This document shows, piece after piece, positions 12,701 through 26,600 of a stretch of DNA of 64,000 nt (its first letter is position 1; each line of letters starts with the position of its first letter). Below the pieces are notes generated by a model. That model was not told the origin of the DNA. It was given only the letters and a program-made list of their open reading frames with translations, and searched no databases. This DNA is from the human T2T-CHM13v2.0 reference genome, Homo sapiens, in NCBI RefSeq assembly GCF_009914755.1, contig NC_060933.1; one strand, written 5' to 3'. A program made the position numbers and the translations under genes.

Positions 12701-15700
12701 ATAGAATGGAATGGAATGGAACGGAACGGAACGGAACGGAATGGAATGGAATAGAATGGAATGGAATAGAATGGAATCAACCCGACTGCAGGGGAATGGA
12801 ATGGAATGGAATGCAATGTAATGGATTCAACTTGAATGGAATGGAAAGAATGGAATCAACACGATTGGAATGGCATGGATTGGAATGGAATGGAATGGAA
12901 TCAACCCGAGTACAGGGGAATGGAATGGAATGGAATGCAATGGAATGGAATCATCTGTAATGGAATGGAAAGGAATGGAATGGAATGGAATGGAACGGAA
13001 TGGAATGGAATGGAATGGAATCAACTCGATTTCAATCGAATGGAATGGAATGGAATTAACCCGAATAGAATGGAATGGAATGGAATGGAACGGAATGGAA
13101 CGGAATGGAATGGAATGGAATGGAATGGAACGGAAAGGAATGGAATGGAATGGAATGGAATGGAATGGAATGGAATTGAATCAACGCGAGTGCAGGGGAA
13201 TGGAATGGAATCGAACGGAATGGAATGGAATGGAATGGAATCAACCCGAGTGCAGGGGAATGTAATGGAACGGAATGCAATGGAATGGAATCATCCGGAA
13301 TGGAATGGAATGGAATGGAATGGAATCAACCCGAGTGCAATGAAATGGAGTGGAATGGAATGGAATGGAATGGAACAACCCGAATGGAATGGAATGTAAT
13401 GGAGAGTAAGGGAGTTGAAAAGAATCAATCCGAAAGTAATGGAATGGAATGGAACGGAATGGAATGGCATGGAAAGGAATGGAATGGAATGGAATGGAAT
13501 CAACCCGAGTGCAATGGAATGGAGAGGAATGGAATGGAATGGAATGGAATGGAATGGAATGGAATGGAATGGAACTGAAAAGAATAAACCCGAGTGCAGG
13601 GGAATGGAATGGAATGGAATGCAATGGAATGGAATCTTCCGGAATGGAATGGAATGGAATGGAATGGAATGCAATGGATTCAACTCGATTGCAATGGAAT
13701 GGTATAGAATGGAATGGAATGGAATGGAATGGAATTAACCAGAATAGAATGGAATGGAATGGAATGGAATGGAATGGAATGGAAAGAATGGAATGGAATC
13801 AACCCGAGTGCAATGGAATGGAGAGGAATGGAATGGAATGGAAACTACCCGAATGGAATGGAATGTAATGGAGTGTAAGGGAATTGAATACAATCAATCC
13901 GAATGGAATGGAATGGAATGGAACGGAATGTAATGGAATGGAATGGAATGGAATCAACCCGAGTGCAGGGGAATGGAATGGAACGGAATGCAATGGAATG
14001 GAATCATCCGGAATGGAATGGAATGGAATGCAATGGAATGGAATGGAATGGAATCAACCCGAGTGCAATGGAATGGAGTGAAATGGAATGGAATGGAATG
14101 GAAACAACCAGAATGGATTGGAATATAATGGAGTGTAAGGGAATTGAATAGCATCAATCTGAATGTAATGAAATGGAATGGAACGGAATGGAATGCAATG
14201 GAATGGAATGGAATGGAATGGAATGCAATGGAATGGAATCAACCCGAGTACAGGGGAATGGAATGGAATGGAATGCAATGGAATGGAATGGAATGGAATG
14301 GAATGGAATGGAATGGAATGGAATCAACTCGATTGCAATCGAATGGAATGGAATGGAATTAACACGAATAGAATGGAATGGAATGGAATGGAACGGAACG
14401 GAACGGAACGGAATGGAATGGAATGGAATGGAAAGGAATGGAACGGAAAGGAATGGAATGGAACGGAATGGAATGGAATGGAATGGAACGGAACGGAATG
14501 GAATGGAATGGAATTGAATGGAATGGAATGGAATCAACCCAACTGCAGGGGAATGGAATGGAATGGAATGCAATGGAATGGAATCATGCGGAACGGAATG
14601 CAATGGAATGGAATGGAATCAACACGAGTGCAATGGAATGGAATTGAATCAACACGAGTGCAATGGAATGGAGTGGAATGGAATGGAATGGAATGGAATG
14701 GAACTACCCGAATGGAATGTAATGTAATGGAGAGTAAGAGAGTTGAATAGAATCAATCCGAAAGTAATGGAAAGGAATGGAAAGGAATGGATTGGAATGG
14801 AATGGAATGCAATGGAATGGAATCAAACCGAGTACAATGGATTGGAATGGAATGGAATGGACTGGAATGGAATGGAATCAACACGAGTGCAATGGAATGG
14901 AGTGGAATGGAATGGAATGGAATGGAACAAAGCGAATGGAATGGAATGTAATGGAGAGTAAGGGAGTTGAATAGAAACAATCCGAATGTAATGGAATGGA
15001 ACGGAATGGAATGGAATGGAATGGAATGGAATGGAATGGAATCAACGCGAGTGCAGGGGAATGGAATGGAATCGAACGGAATGGAATGGAATGGAATGGA
15101 ATCAACCCGAGTGCAGGGGAATGTAATGGAACGGAATGCAATGGAATGGAATCATTCGGAATGGAATGGAATGGAATGGAATGGAATCAACCCGAGTGCA
15201 ATGAAATGGAGTGGAATGGAATGGAATGGAATGGAACAACCCGAATGGAATGGAATGTAATGGAGAGTAAGGGAGTTGAAAAGAATCAATCCGAAAGTAA
15301 TGGAATGGAATGGAAAGGAATGGAATGGCATGGAAAGGAATGGAATGGAATGGAATGGAATCAACCCGAGTGCAATGGAACGGAGAGTAATGGAATGGAA
15401 TGGAATGGAATGGAATGGAATGGAATGGAATGGAATGGAATGGAATGGAACTGAAAAGAATAAACCCGAGTGCAGGGGAATGGAATGGAATGGAATGCAA
15501 TGGAATGGAATCTTCCGGAATGGAATGGAATGGATTGGAATGGAATGCAATGGATTCAACTCGATTGCAATGGAATGGTATAGAATGGAATGGAATGGAA
15601 TGGAATGGAATTAACCCGAATAGAATGGAATGGAATGGAATGGAACGGAACGGAACGGAATGGAACGGAATGGAACGGAATGGAATGGAATGGAATGGAA

Positions 15701-18700
15701 TGGAATGGAATGGAATGGAATTGTATGGAATGGAATGGAATGGTACGGAATAGAATGGAATGGAAAGAATTGCAATGGAATGGAAACGAATGGAATGGAA
15801 TGGAATGGAATGGAATCAACCCGAGTGTAGGGGAATGTAATGGAACGGAATGCAATGGAATGGAATCATCCGGAATGGAATGGAATGGATTGGAATGGAA
15901 TGGAATGGAATGGAATGGACTGGAATGGAATGGAATCAACACGAGTGCAATGGAATGGAGTGGAATGGAATGGAATGGAATGGAACAAAGCGAATGGAAT
16001 GGAATGTAATGGAGAGTAAGGGAGTTGAATAGAAACAATCCGAATGTAATGGAATGGAACGGAATGGAATGGAATGGAATGGAATGGAATGGAATGGAAT
16101 GCAGTGGAAGAGAATCAACCCGAGTACAATGGAATGGAATGGAATGGAATGGAATGGAATGGAATGGAATGGAATGGAAAGAATGGAATGGAATCAACCC
16201 GAGTGCAATGGAATGGAGAGGAATGGAATGGAATGGATTGGAAACTACCCGAATGGAATGGAATGTAATGGAGTGTAAGGGAATTGAATAGAATCAATCC
16301 AAATGGAATGGAATGGAATGGAACGGAATGTAAAGAATGGAATGGAATGGAATCAACGCGAGTGCAGGGGAATGGAATGGAATGGAATGCATCGGAATGG
16401 AATCATCCGGAATGGAATGGAATGGAATGCAATGGAATGGAATGGAATGGAATCAACCCGAGTGCCATGGAATGGAGTGAAATGGAATGGAATGGAATGG
16501 AAACAACCAGAATGGATTGGAATATAATGGAGTGTAAGTGAATTGAATAGAATCAATCTGAATGTAATGAAATGGAATGGAACGGAATGGAATGGAATGG
16601 AATGGAATGGAATGCAATGGAATGGAATCAACCCGACTGCAATCGAATGGAATCGAATGGAATGGAATGCAATGTAATGGATTCAACTTGAATGGAATGG
16701 AAAGAATGGAATCAACACGAGTGGAATGGCATGAATTGGAATGGAATGGAATGGAATCAACCCGAGTACAGGGGAATGGAATGGAATGGAATGCAATGGA
16801 ATGGAATCATCCGTAATGGAATGGAAAGGAATGGAATGGAATGGAATGGAATGGGATGGAATGGAATCAACTCGATTGCAATCGAATGGAATGGAATGGA
16901 ATTAACCCGAATAGAATGGAATGGAATGGAATGGAACGGAACGGAACGGAACGGAACGGAACGGAATGGAATGGAATGGAATGGAATGGAACGGAAAGGA
17001 ATGGAATGGAATGGAATGGAATGGAATGGAATGGAATGGAATCAACCCGACTGCAGGGGAATGGAATGGAATGGAATGCAAAGGAATGGATTCAACTTGA
17101 ATGGAATGGAAAGAATGGAATCAACACGAGTGGAATGGCATGGATTGGAATGGAATGGAATGGAATCAACCCGAGTACAGGGGAATGGAATGGAATGGAA
17201 TGCAATGGAATGGAATCATCCGTAATGGAATGGAAAGGAATGGAATGGAATGGAATGGAATGGAATGGAATGGAATGGAATCAACTCGGTTCCAATCGAA
17301 TGGAATGGAAAGGAAATAACCCGAATAGAATGGAATGGAATGGAATGGAACGGAACGGAACGGAACGGAACGGAACGGAATGGAATGGAATGGAATGGAA
17401 TGGAATGGAATGCAATGGAATGGAATGGAATGGAATGGAATGAAATGCAATGGATTCAACTCGATTGAAATGGAATGGAATAGAATGGAATGGAATGGAA
17501 TGGAATGGAATTAACCCGAATAGAATGGAATGGAATGTAATGGAATGGAACGGAATGGAACGGAATGGAATGGAATGGAATGGAATGGAATGGAATGGAA
17601 TGGAATGGTATGGAATGGAATGGAATGGTACGGAATAGAATGGAATGGAAGGAATTGTAATGGAATGGAATTGAATGGAATGGAATGGAATGGAATGGAA
17701 TGGAATCAACGCGAGTGCATGGCAATGTAATGGAACGGAATGCAATGGAATGGAAACATCCGGAATTGAATGGAATGGAATGGAATGGAATGGAATCAAC
17801 CCGAGTGCAATGGAATGGAGTGGAATGGAATGGAATGCAATGGAACAACCCGAATGGAATGGAATGTAATGGAGAGTAAGGGAGTTGAATAGAATCAATC
17901 CGAATGTAATGGAATGGAATGTAACGGAATGGAATGGAATGGAATGCAATGGAATGGAATCAACCCGAGTACAATGGAATGGAATGGAATGGAATAGAAT
18001 GGAATGCAATGGAATGGTACGGAATAGAATGGAATGGAACGAAATGGAATGGAATGGAATGGAATAGAACGGAATGGAATTGAATGGAATGGAATGGAAT
18101 TGAATCGTTCCGAGTGGAATAGGAGGGAATGTATTCGAGTGGAATGGAAAGGAATGGAATCAACCAGAGTGGAATGGAAGGGAATGGAAAGGAATGGAAA
18201 CTAATAGAATGGAATCAACCTGAGTGGAATGGAATGCAAAGGACTGGAATGGAATTGCATGGAATGGAATGGAATCAACTCGATTGTAATGGATTGGAAT
18301 GGAATGGAATGGAATGGAATGGAATGGAATGGAATGGAATTAACCGGAATACAATGGAATGGAATGGAATGGAGTGGAATGGAATGGAATGGAATTAACC
18401 GGAATACAATGGAATGGAATGGAATGGAACGGATTGGAGTGGAATGGAATGGAATCAACCCGAGTGCAGGGGAATGGAATGTAATGGAATGCAATGGAAT
18501 GAAATCATCCGGAATGGAATGGAATGGAATGGAATGCAAAGCAATGGAATGAACTCGATTGAAAAGGAATGGAATGGAATGGAAAGGAATACAATGGAAT
18601 CAACCCGAGTGGAATGGAATGGAAAGGACTGGAATGGAGTGGAATGGAATAGAATGGAATGGAATGGAATCAACTCGATCGGAATGGAATGGAATGGAAT

Positions 18701-21700
18701 GGAATGGAATGGAATGGAATGGAATTAACTCAAATAGAATGGAATGGAATGGAACGGAACGGAACGGAACGGAACGGAATGGAATGGAATGGAATGGAAT
18801 TAACCCGAGTACAGGGGAATGGAATGGAATGGAATGCAATGGAATGGAATCATCCGTAATGGAATGGAAATGAATGGAATGGAATGGAATGGAATGGAAT
18901 GGAATGGAATCAACCGGAATAGAATGGAATGGAATGGAATGGAACGGAACGGAACGGAATGCAACGGAATGGAATGGAATGGAACGGAAAGGAGTGGACT
19001 GGAATGGAATGGAATGGAATGGAATGGAATGGAATGGAATGGAATCAACTCGATTGCAATCGAATGGAATGGAATGGAATTAACCCGAATAGAATGGAAT
19101 GGAATGGAATGGAACGGAACGGAACGGAATGCAATGGAATGGAATGGAATGGAACGGAAAGGAGTGGAATGGAATGGAATGGAATGGAATGGATTGGAAT
19201 GGAATGGAACGGAATGGAATCAACGCGAGTGCAGGGGAATGGAATGGAATGGAATGGAATGGAATGGAATGGAATGGAATCAACCCGAGTGCAGGGGAAT
19301 GTAATGGAACGGAATGCAATGGAATGGAATCATCCGGAATGGAATGGAATGGAATGGAATGGAATCAACCCGAGTGCAATGGAATGGAGTGGAATGGAAT
19401 GGAATGGAATGGAACAACCCGAATGGAATGGAATGTAATGGAGAGTAAGGGAGTTGAAAAGAATCAATCAGAAAGTAATGGAATGGAATGGAACGGAATG
19501 GAATGGAATGGAATGGAATGGAATGGAATGGAATGAAATGGAATCAACCCGAGTGCAATGGAATGGAGAGGAATGGAATGGAATGGAATGGAAACTACCC
19601 GAATGGAATGGAATGTAATGGAGTGTAAGGGAATTGAATAGAATCAATCCGAATGTAATGGAATGGAATGGAACGGAATGGAATGGAATGGAATGGAATG
19701 GAATGGAATGGAATGGAATGGAATCAACCCGACTGCAGGGTAATGGAATGGAATGGAATGCAATGGAATGGATTCAACTTGAATGGAATGGAAAGAATTC
19801 AATCAACACGAGTGGAATCGCATGGAATGGAATGGAATGGAATGGAATGGAATCAACCCGAGTACAGGGGAATGGAATGGAATGGAATGCAATGGAATGG
19901 AATCATCCGTAATGGAATGGAAAGGAATGGAATGGAATGGAATGGAATGGAATGGAATGGAATGGAATGGAATCAACTCGGTTCCAATCGAATGGAATGG
20001 AATGGAAATAACCCGAATAGAATGGAATGCAATGGAATGGAACGGAACGGAACGGAACGGAATGGAATGGAATGGAATGGAATGGAATGGAACGGAAAGG
20101 AATGGAATGGAATGGAATGGAATGGAATGGAATGGAATGGAATGCAATGGAATGGAATGGAATGGAATGGAATGAAATGCAATGGATTCAACTCGATTGA
20201 AATGGAATGGAATAGAATGGAATGGAATGGAATGGAATGGAATTAACCCGAATAGAATGGAATGGAATGGAATGAAATGGAACGGAATGGAAAGGAAGGG
20301 AATGGAATGGAATGGAATGGAATGGTATGGAATGGAATGGAATGGTACGGAATAGAATGGAATGGAAGGAATTGTAATGGAATGGAATTGAATGGAATGG
20401 AATGGAATGGAATGGAATCAACGCGAGTGCATGGCAATGTAATGGAACGGAATGCAATGGAATGGAAACATCCGGAATGGAATGGAATGGAATGCAATGG
20501 AATGGAATCAACCCGAGTGCAATGGAATGGAGTGGAATGGAATGGAATGCAATGGAACAACCCGAATGGAATGGAATGTAATGGAGAGTAAGGGAGTTGA
20601 ATAGAATCAATCCGAATGTAATGGAATGGAATGCAACGGAAAGGAATGGAATGGAATGCAATGGAATGGAATCAACCCGAGTACAATGGAATGGAATGGA
20701 ATGGAATGGAATGGAATGGAATTGAATGGAATGGAATGCCTTCATACCGAATGGAATGGAAAGGAATGGAATCAACACGAGTGGAATGGAATGGAATGGA
20801 ATGGAATGGAATGGAATGCAATGGAATGGTACGGAATAGAATGGAATGGAACGAAATGGAATGGAATGGAATGGAATAGAACGGAATGGAATTGAATGGA
20901 ATGGAATGGAATGGAATCGTTCCGAGTGGAATAGGAGGGAATGTATTCGAGTGGAATGGAAAGGAATGGAATCAACCAGAGTGGAATGGAAGGGAATGGA
21001 AAGGAATGGAAACTAATCGAATGGAATCAACCTGAGTGGAATGGAATGCAAAGGATTGGAATGGAATTGCATGGAATGGAATGGAATCAACTCGATTGTA
21101 ATGGATTGGAATGGAATGGAATGGAATGGAATGGAATGGAATGGAATGGAATTAACCGGAATACAATGGAATGGAATGGAATGGAACGGAATGGAGTGGA
21201 ATGGAATGGAATCAACCCGAGTGCAGGGGAATGGAATGTAATGGAATGCAATGGAATGGAATCATCCGGAATGGAATGGAATGGAATGGAATGCAAAGCA
21301 ATGGAATGAACTCCATTGAAATGGAATGGAATGGAATGGAAAGGAATACAATGGAATCAACCCGAGTGGAATGGAATGGAAAGGACTGGAATGGAGAGGA
21401 ATGGAATGGAATGGAATGGAATGGAATCAACTCGATTGGAATGGAATGGAATGGAATGGAATTAACTCGAATAGAATGGAATGGAATGGAACGGAACGGA
21501 ACGGAACGGAATGGAATGGAATGGAATGGAATGGAATCAACCCGAGTACAGGGGAATGGAATGAAATGGAATGCAATGGAATGGAGTCATCCGTAATGGA
21601 ATGGAAAGGAATGGAATGGAATGGAATGGAATGGAATGGAATGGAATGGAATGGAATGGAATGGAATCAACTCGATGGCAATCGAATGGAATGGAATGGA

Positions 21701-23379
21701 ATTAACCCGAATAGAATGGAATGGAATGGAATGGAACGGAACGGAATGGAATGGAATGGAATGGAATGGAATGGAACGGAACGGAATGGAATGGAATGGA
21801 ATGGAATGGAATCAACGCGAGTGCAGGGGAATGGAATGGATTGGAATGTAATGGAATGGAATCATCCGGAATGGAATGGAATGGAATGGAATGGAATGAA
21901 AGGCAATGGATTCAACTCGATTGCAATGGAATGGAATAGAATGGAATGGAATGGAATGGAATGGAATGGAATTGAATGGAATGGAATGCCTTCAAACCGA
22001 ATGGAATGGAAAGGAATGGAATCAACACGAGTGGAAAGGAATGGAATGGAAAGGAATGGAATGGAATGGAATGGTACGGAATAGAATGGAATGGAACGAA
22101 CTGGAATGGAATGGAATGGAATGGAATGGAATGGAATCGTTCCGAGTGGAATAGGAGGTAATGTATTCGAGTGGAATGGAAAGGAATGGAATCAACCAGA
22201 GTGGAATGGAAGGGAATGGAATGGAATGGAAACTAATAGAACGGAATCAAGCCGAGTGGAATGGAATGGAAAGGACTGGAATGGAATGGAATGGAATGGA
22301 ATCAACTCGATTGTAATGGAATGGAATGGAATGGAATGGAATGGAATGGAATGGAATTAACCCGAATAAAATGGAATGGAATGGAATGGAAGGGAATGGA
22401 GTGGAATGGAATGGAATCAACCCGAGTGCAGGGGAATGGAATGGAATGGAATGCAATGGAATGGAATCATCTGGAATGGAATGGAATGGAATGGAATGCA
22501 AAGCAATGGAATCAACTCGATTGCAATGGAATGGAATGGAATGGAGTGGAAAGGAATAGAATGGAATCAACCCGAGTGTAATGGAATGGAAAGGACTGGA
22601 ATGGAGTGGAATGGAATGGAATGGAATGGAATGGAATCAACTCGATTGGAATGGAATGGAATAGAATGGAATGGAATGGAATGGAATGGAATTAACCCGA
22701 ATAGAATGGAATGGAATGGAATTGAACGGAACGGAATGGAATGGAATGGAATGGAATGGAATGGAATGGAGTCAACCTGACTGCAGGGGAATGGAATGGA
22801 ATGGAATGGAATGAAATGGAATGGAATGGAATGGAATGGAATCATCCGGAACGGAATTGAATTGAATGGAATGGAATCAACTCGATTGCAATGGAATGGA
22901 ATGGAATGGAATGGAATGGAATGGAATGGAATTCACCCGAATAGAATGGAATGGAATGGAATGGAAAGGAATGGAAGGGAAGGAAATGGAATGTAATCAA
23001 CCCGAGTGCAGGGGAATGGAATGGAATGGAATGCGATGGAATGGAATCATCCGGAATGGAATGGAATGGAATGGAATGGAATGGAATGGAATGGAATGGT
23101 ATCAACCCGAGTGCAGGGGAATGTAATGGAACGGAATGCAATGGAATGGAATCATCCGAAATGGAATGGAATGGAATGGAATGGAATGGAATCAACCCGA
23201 GTGCAATGGAATGGAGTGGAATGGAATGGAATGGAATGGCACAACCCGAATGGAATGGAATGTAATGGAGAGTAAGGGAGTTGAATAGAATCAATCCGAA
23301 TGTAATGGAATGGAATGCAACGGAATGGAATGGAATGGAATGCAATGGAATGGAATGGAATGGAATGCAAAGGAATGGA

Positions 23380-23665
23380 ATCAACCCGAGTGGAATGACA
23401 TGGAATGGAATGCAATGGATTGGAATGGAATGGAATCAACTCGAGTGGAAAGGAATGGAATGGAATGGAATGGAAAGGAATGGAATGAAGTCAACTCGAG
23501 TGGAATGGAATGGAACGGAATGGATTGGAATGGATTGCAATGGAATGAAATGGAATGGAATGGAATGGAATCAATCATTCCGAGTAGAATGGAAGGGAAT
23601 GTAATGGAGTGGAAAGAAGGGAATGGAATCAACTCGAGTGCAATGCAAGGCAATGGACTGGAATG
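23380..23665 (+). repeat. Divergent SatIII island with private modules
   Basis: GAATGACATGG, GAAGTCAACTCGAG, CAATCATTCCGAGTAG, GAAAGAAGGG and GCAAGGCAATGGACTGG were not seen elsewhere in the window. Three CTCGAG sites at 23440, 23495 and 23633. Confidence 0.7.
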
Positions 23666-26600
23666 GAAAGGAATGGAATGGAATCAACTCGATTGCAATG
23701 GAATGGAATGGAATGGTATGGAATGGAATGGAATTAATCGGAATAGAATGGAATGGAATGGAATGGAATGGAAGGGAATGGAATCAACACGAGTGCAGGG
23801 GAATGGAATGGAATGGAATGCAATGGAATGGAATCATCCGGAATGGAATGGAATGGAATGGAATCAACTCCATTGCAATGGAATGGAATGGAATGGAATG
23901 GAATAGAATGGAATGGAATTAACCCGAATAGAATGGAATGCAATAGAATGGAATGCAACGGAACCGAATGGAGTGGAATGGAATGGAATGGAATCAACCC
24001 GAGTACAGGGGAATGGAATGGAATGGAATGCAATGGAATGGAGTCATCCGTAATGGAATGGAAAGGAATGGAATGGAATGGAATGGAATGGAATGGAATG
24101 GATTCAACTCGATGGCAATCGAATGGAATGGAATGGAATAAACCCGAATAGAATGGAATGGAATGGAATGGAACGGAACGGAATGGAATGGAATGGAATG
24201 GAATGGAATGGAACGGAACGGAATGGAATGGAATGGAATGGAATGGAATCAACGCGAGTGCAGGGGAATGGAATGGAATGGAATGCAATGGAATGGAATC
24301 TTCCGGAATGGAATGGAATGGAATGGAATGGAATGAAAGGCAATGGATTAAACTCGATTGCAATGGAATGGAAGAGAATGGAATGGAATGGAATGGAATG
24401 GAATGGAATGGAATGCCTTCAAACCGAAAGGAATGGAAAGGAATGGAATCAACACGAGTGGAAAGGAATGGAATGGAAAGGAATGGAATGGAATGGAATG
24501 GTACGGAATAGAATGGAATGGAACGAACTGGAATGGAATGGAATGGAATGGAATGGAATGGAATGGAATGGAATGGAATCGTTCCGAGTGCAATAGGAGG
24601 GAATGTATTCGAGTGGAATGGAAAGGAATGGAATCAACCAGAGTGGAATGGAAGGGAATGGAATGGAATGGAAACTAATAGAATGGAATCAAACCGAGTG
24701 GAATGGAATGGAAAGGACTGGAATGGAATGGAATGGTATGGAATGGAATGGAATCAACTCGATTGTAATGGAATGGAATGGAATGGAATGGAATGGAATG
24801 GAATGGAATTAACCCGAATAGAATGGAATGGAATGGAATGGAACGGAACGGAACGGAACGGAACGGAATGGAATGGAATGGAATGGAACGGAAAGGAATG
24901 GAATGGAATGGAATGGAATGGAATGGAATCAACGCGAGTGCAGGGGAATGGAATGGAATGGAATGCAATGGAATGGAAGCTTCCGGAATGGAATGGAATG
25001 GAATGGAATGGAATGGAATGGAATGGAATGGAATAAACCCGAGTGCAATGGAATGGAGTGGAATGGAATGGAATGGAATGGAACAACCCGAATGGAATGG
25101 AATGTAATGGAGAGTAAGGGAGTTGAATAGAGTCAATCCGAATGTAATGGAATGGAATGGAACGGAATGGAATTGAATGGAATGGAATGGAATGCAATGG
25201 AATGGAATCAACCCGAGTGCAATGGAATGGAGAGGAATGGAATGGAATGGAATGGAAACTACCCGAATGGAATGGAATGTAATGGAGTGTAAGGGAATTG
25301 AATAGAATCAATCCGAATGTAATGGAATGGAATGGAACGGAATGGAATGGAATGGAATGGAATGGAATGGAATGGAATTAACCCGAGTGCAATCGAATGG
25401 AATCGAATGGAATGGAATGCAATGGAATGGATTCAACTTGAATGGAATGGAAAGAATGGAATCAACACGAGTGGAAGGGCATGGATTGGAATGCAATGGA
25501 ATGGAATCTACTCGAGTACAGGGGAATGGAATGGAATGGAATGCAATGGAATGGAATCATCCGTAATGGAATGGAAAGGAATGGAATGGAATGGAATGGA
25601 ATGGAATGGAATGGAATCAACTCGATTGCAGTCGAATGGAATGGAATGGAATCAACCCAACTGCAGGGGAATGGAATGGAATGGAATGCAATGGAATGGA
25701 TTCAACTTGAATGGAATGGAAAGAATGGAATGGAATGGAATGGAATGGAATGGAATGGAATGGAATGGAATGGAATCAACTCGATTGCAATGGAATGGAA
25801 TGGAATGGAATGGAATGGAATGGAATGGAATCAACTCGATTGCAATGGAGTGGAATGGAATGGAAACGAATGGAAGGGAATGGAATGGAATGTAATCAAC
25901 ACGAGTGCAGTGGAATGGATTGGAATGGAATGCAATGGAATGGAATCATCCGGAATGGAATGGAATGGAATGGAATGGAATGGAATGGAATCAACTCGAT
26001 TGCAATGGAATGGAATGGAATGGAATTAACCCGAATAGAATGGAATGGAATGGAATGGAACGGAACGGAACGGAATGGAATGGAATGGAATGGAATGGAA
26101 CGGAAAGGAATGGAATGGAATGGAATGGAATGGAATGGAATGGAATCAATGCGAGTGCAGGGGAATGGAATGGAATGGAATGCAATGGAATGGAATCATC
26201 CGGAATGGAATGGAATGGAATGGAATGGAATCAACCCGAGTGCAATGGAATGGAGTGGAATGGAATGGAATGGAATGGAACAACCCGAATGGAATGGAAT
26301 GTAATGGAGAGTAAGGGAGTTGAATAGAATCAATCCGAATGTAATGGAATGGAATGCAACGGAATAGAATGGAATGGAATGCAATGGAATGCAATCAACC
26401 CGAGTACAATGGAATGGAATGGAATGGAATGGAATGGAATGGAATGGAATGGAATGCCTTCAAACCGAATGGAATGGAAATGAATGGAATCAACACGAGT
26501 GGAATGGAATGGAATGGAATGGAATGATACGGAATAGAATGGAATGGAACGAAATGGAATGGAATGGAATGGAATGGAATGGAATGGAATGGATTGGAAT

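Noticed and set aside
18103-18145. CENP-B box-like look of TCGTTCCGAGTGG / ATTCGAGTGGAA
   Set aside because: Does not fit NTTCGNNNNANNCGGGN (no CGGG end), and there is no 171-bp alphoid context.
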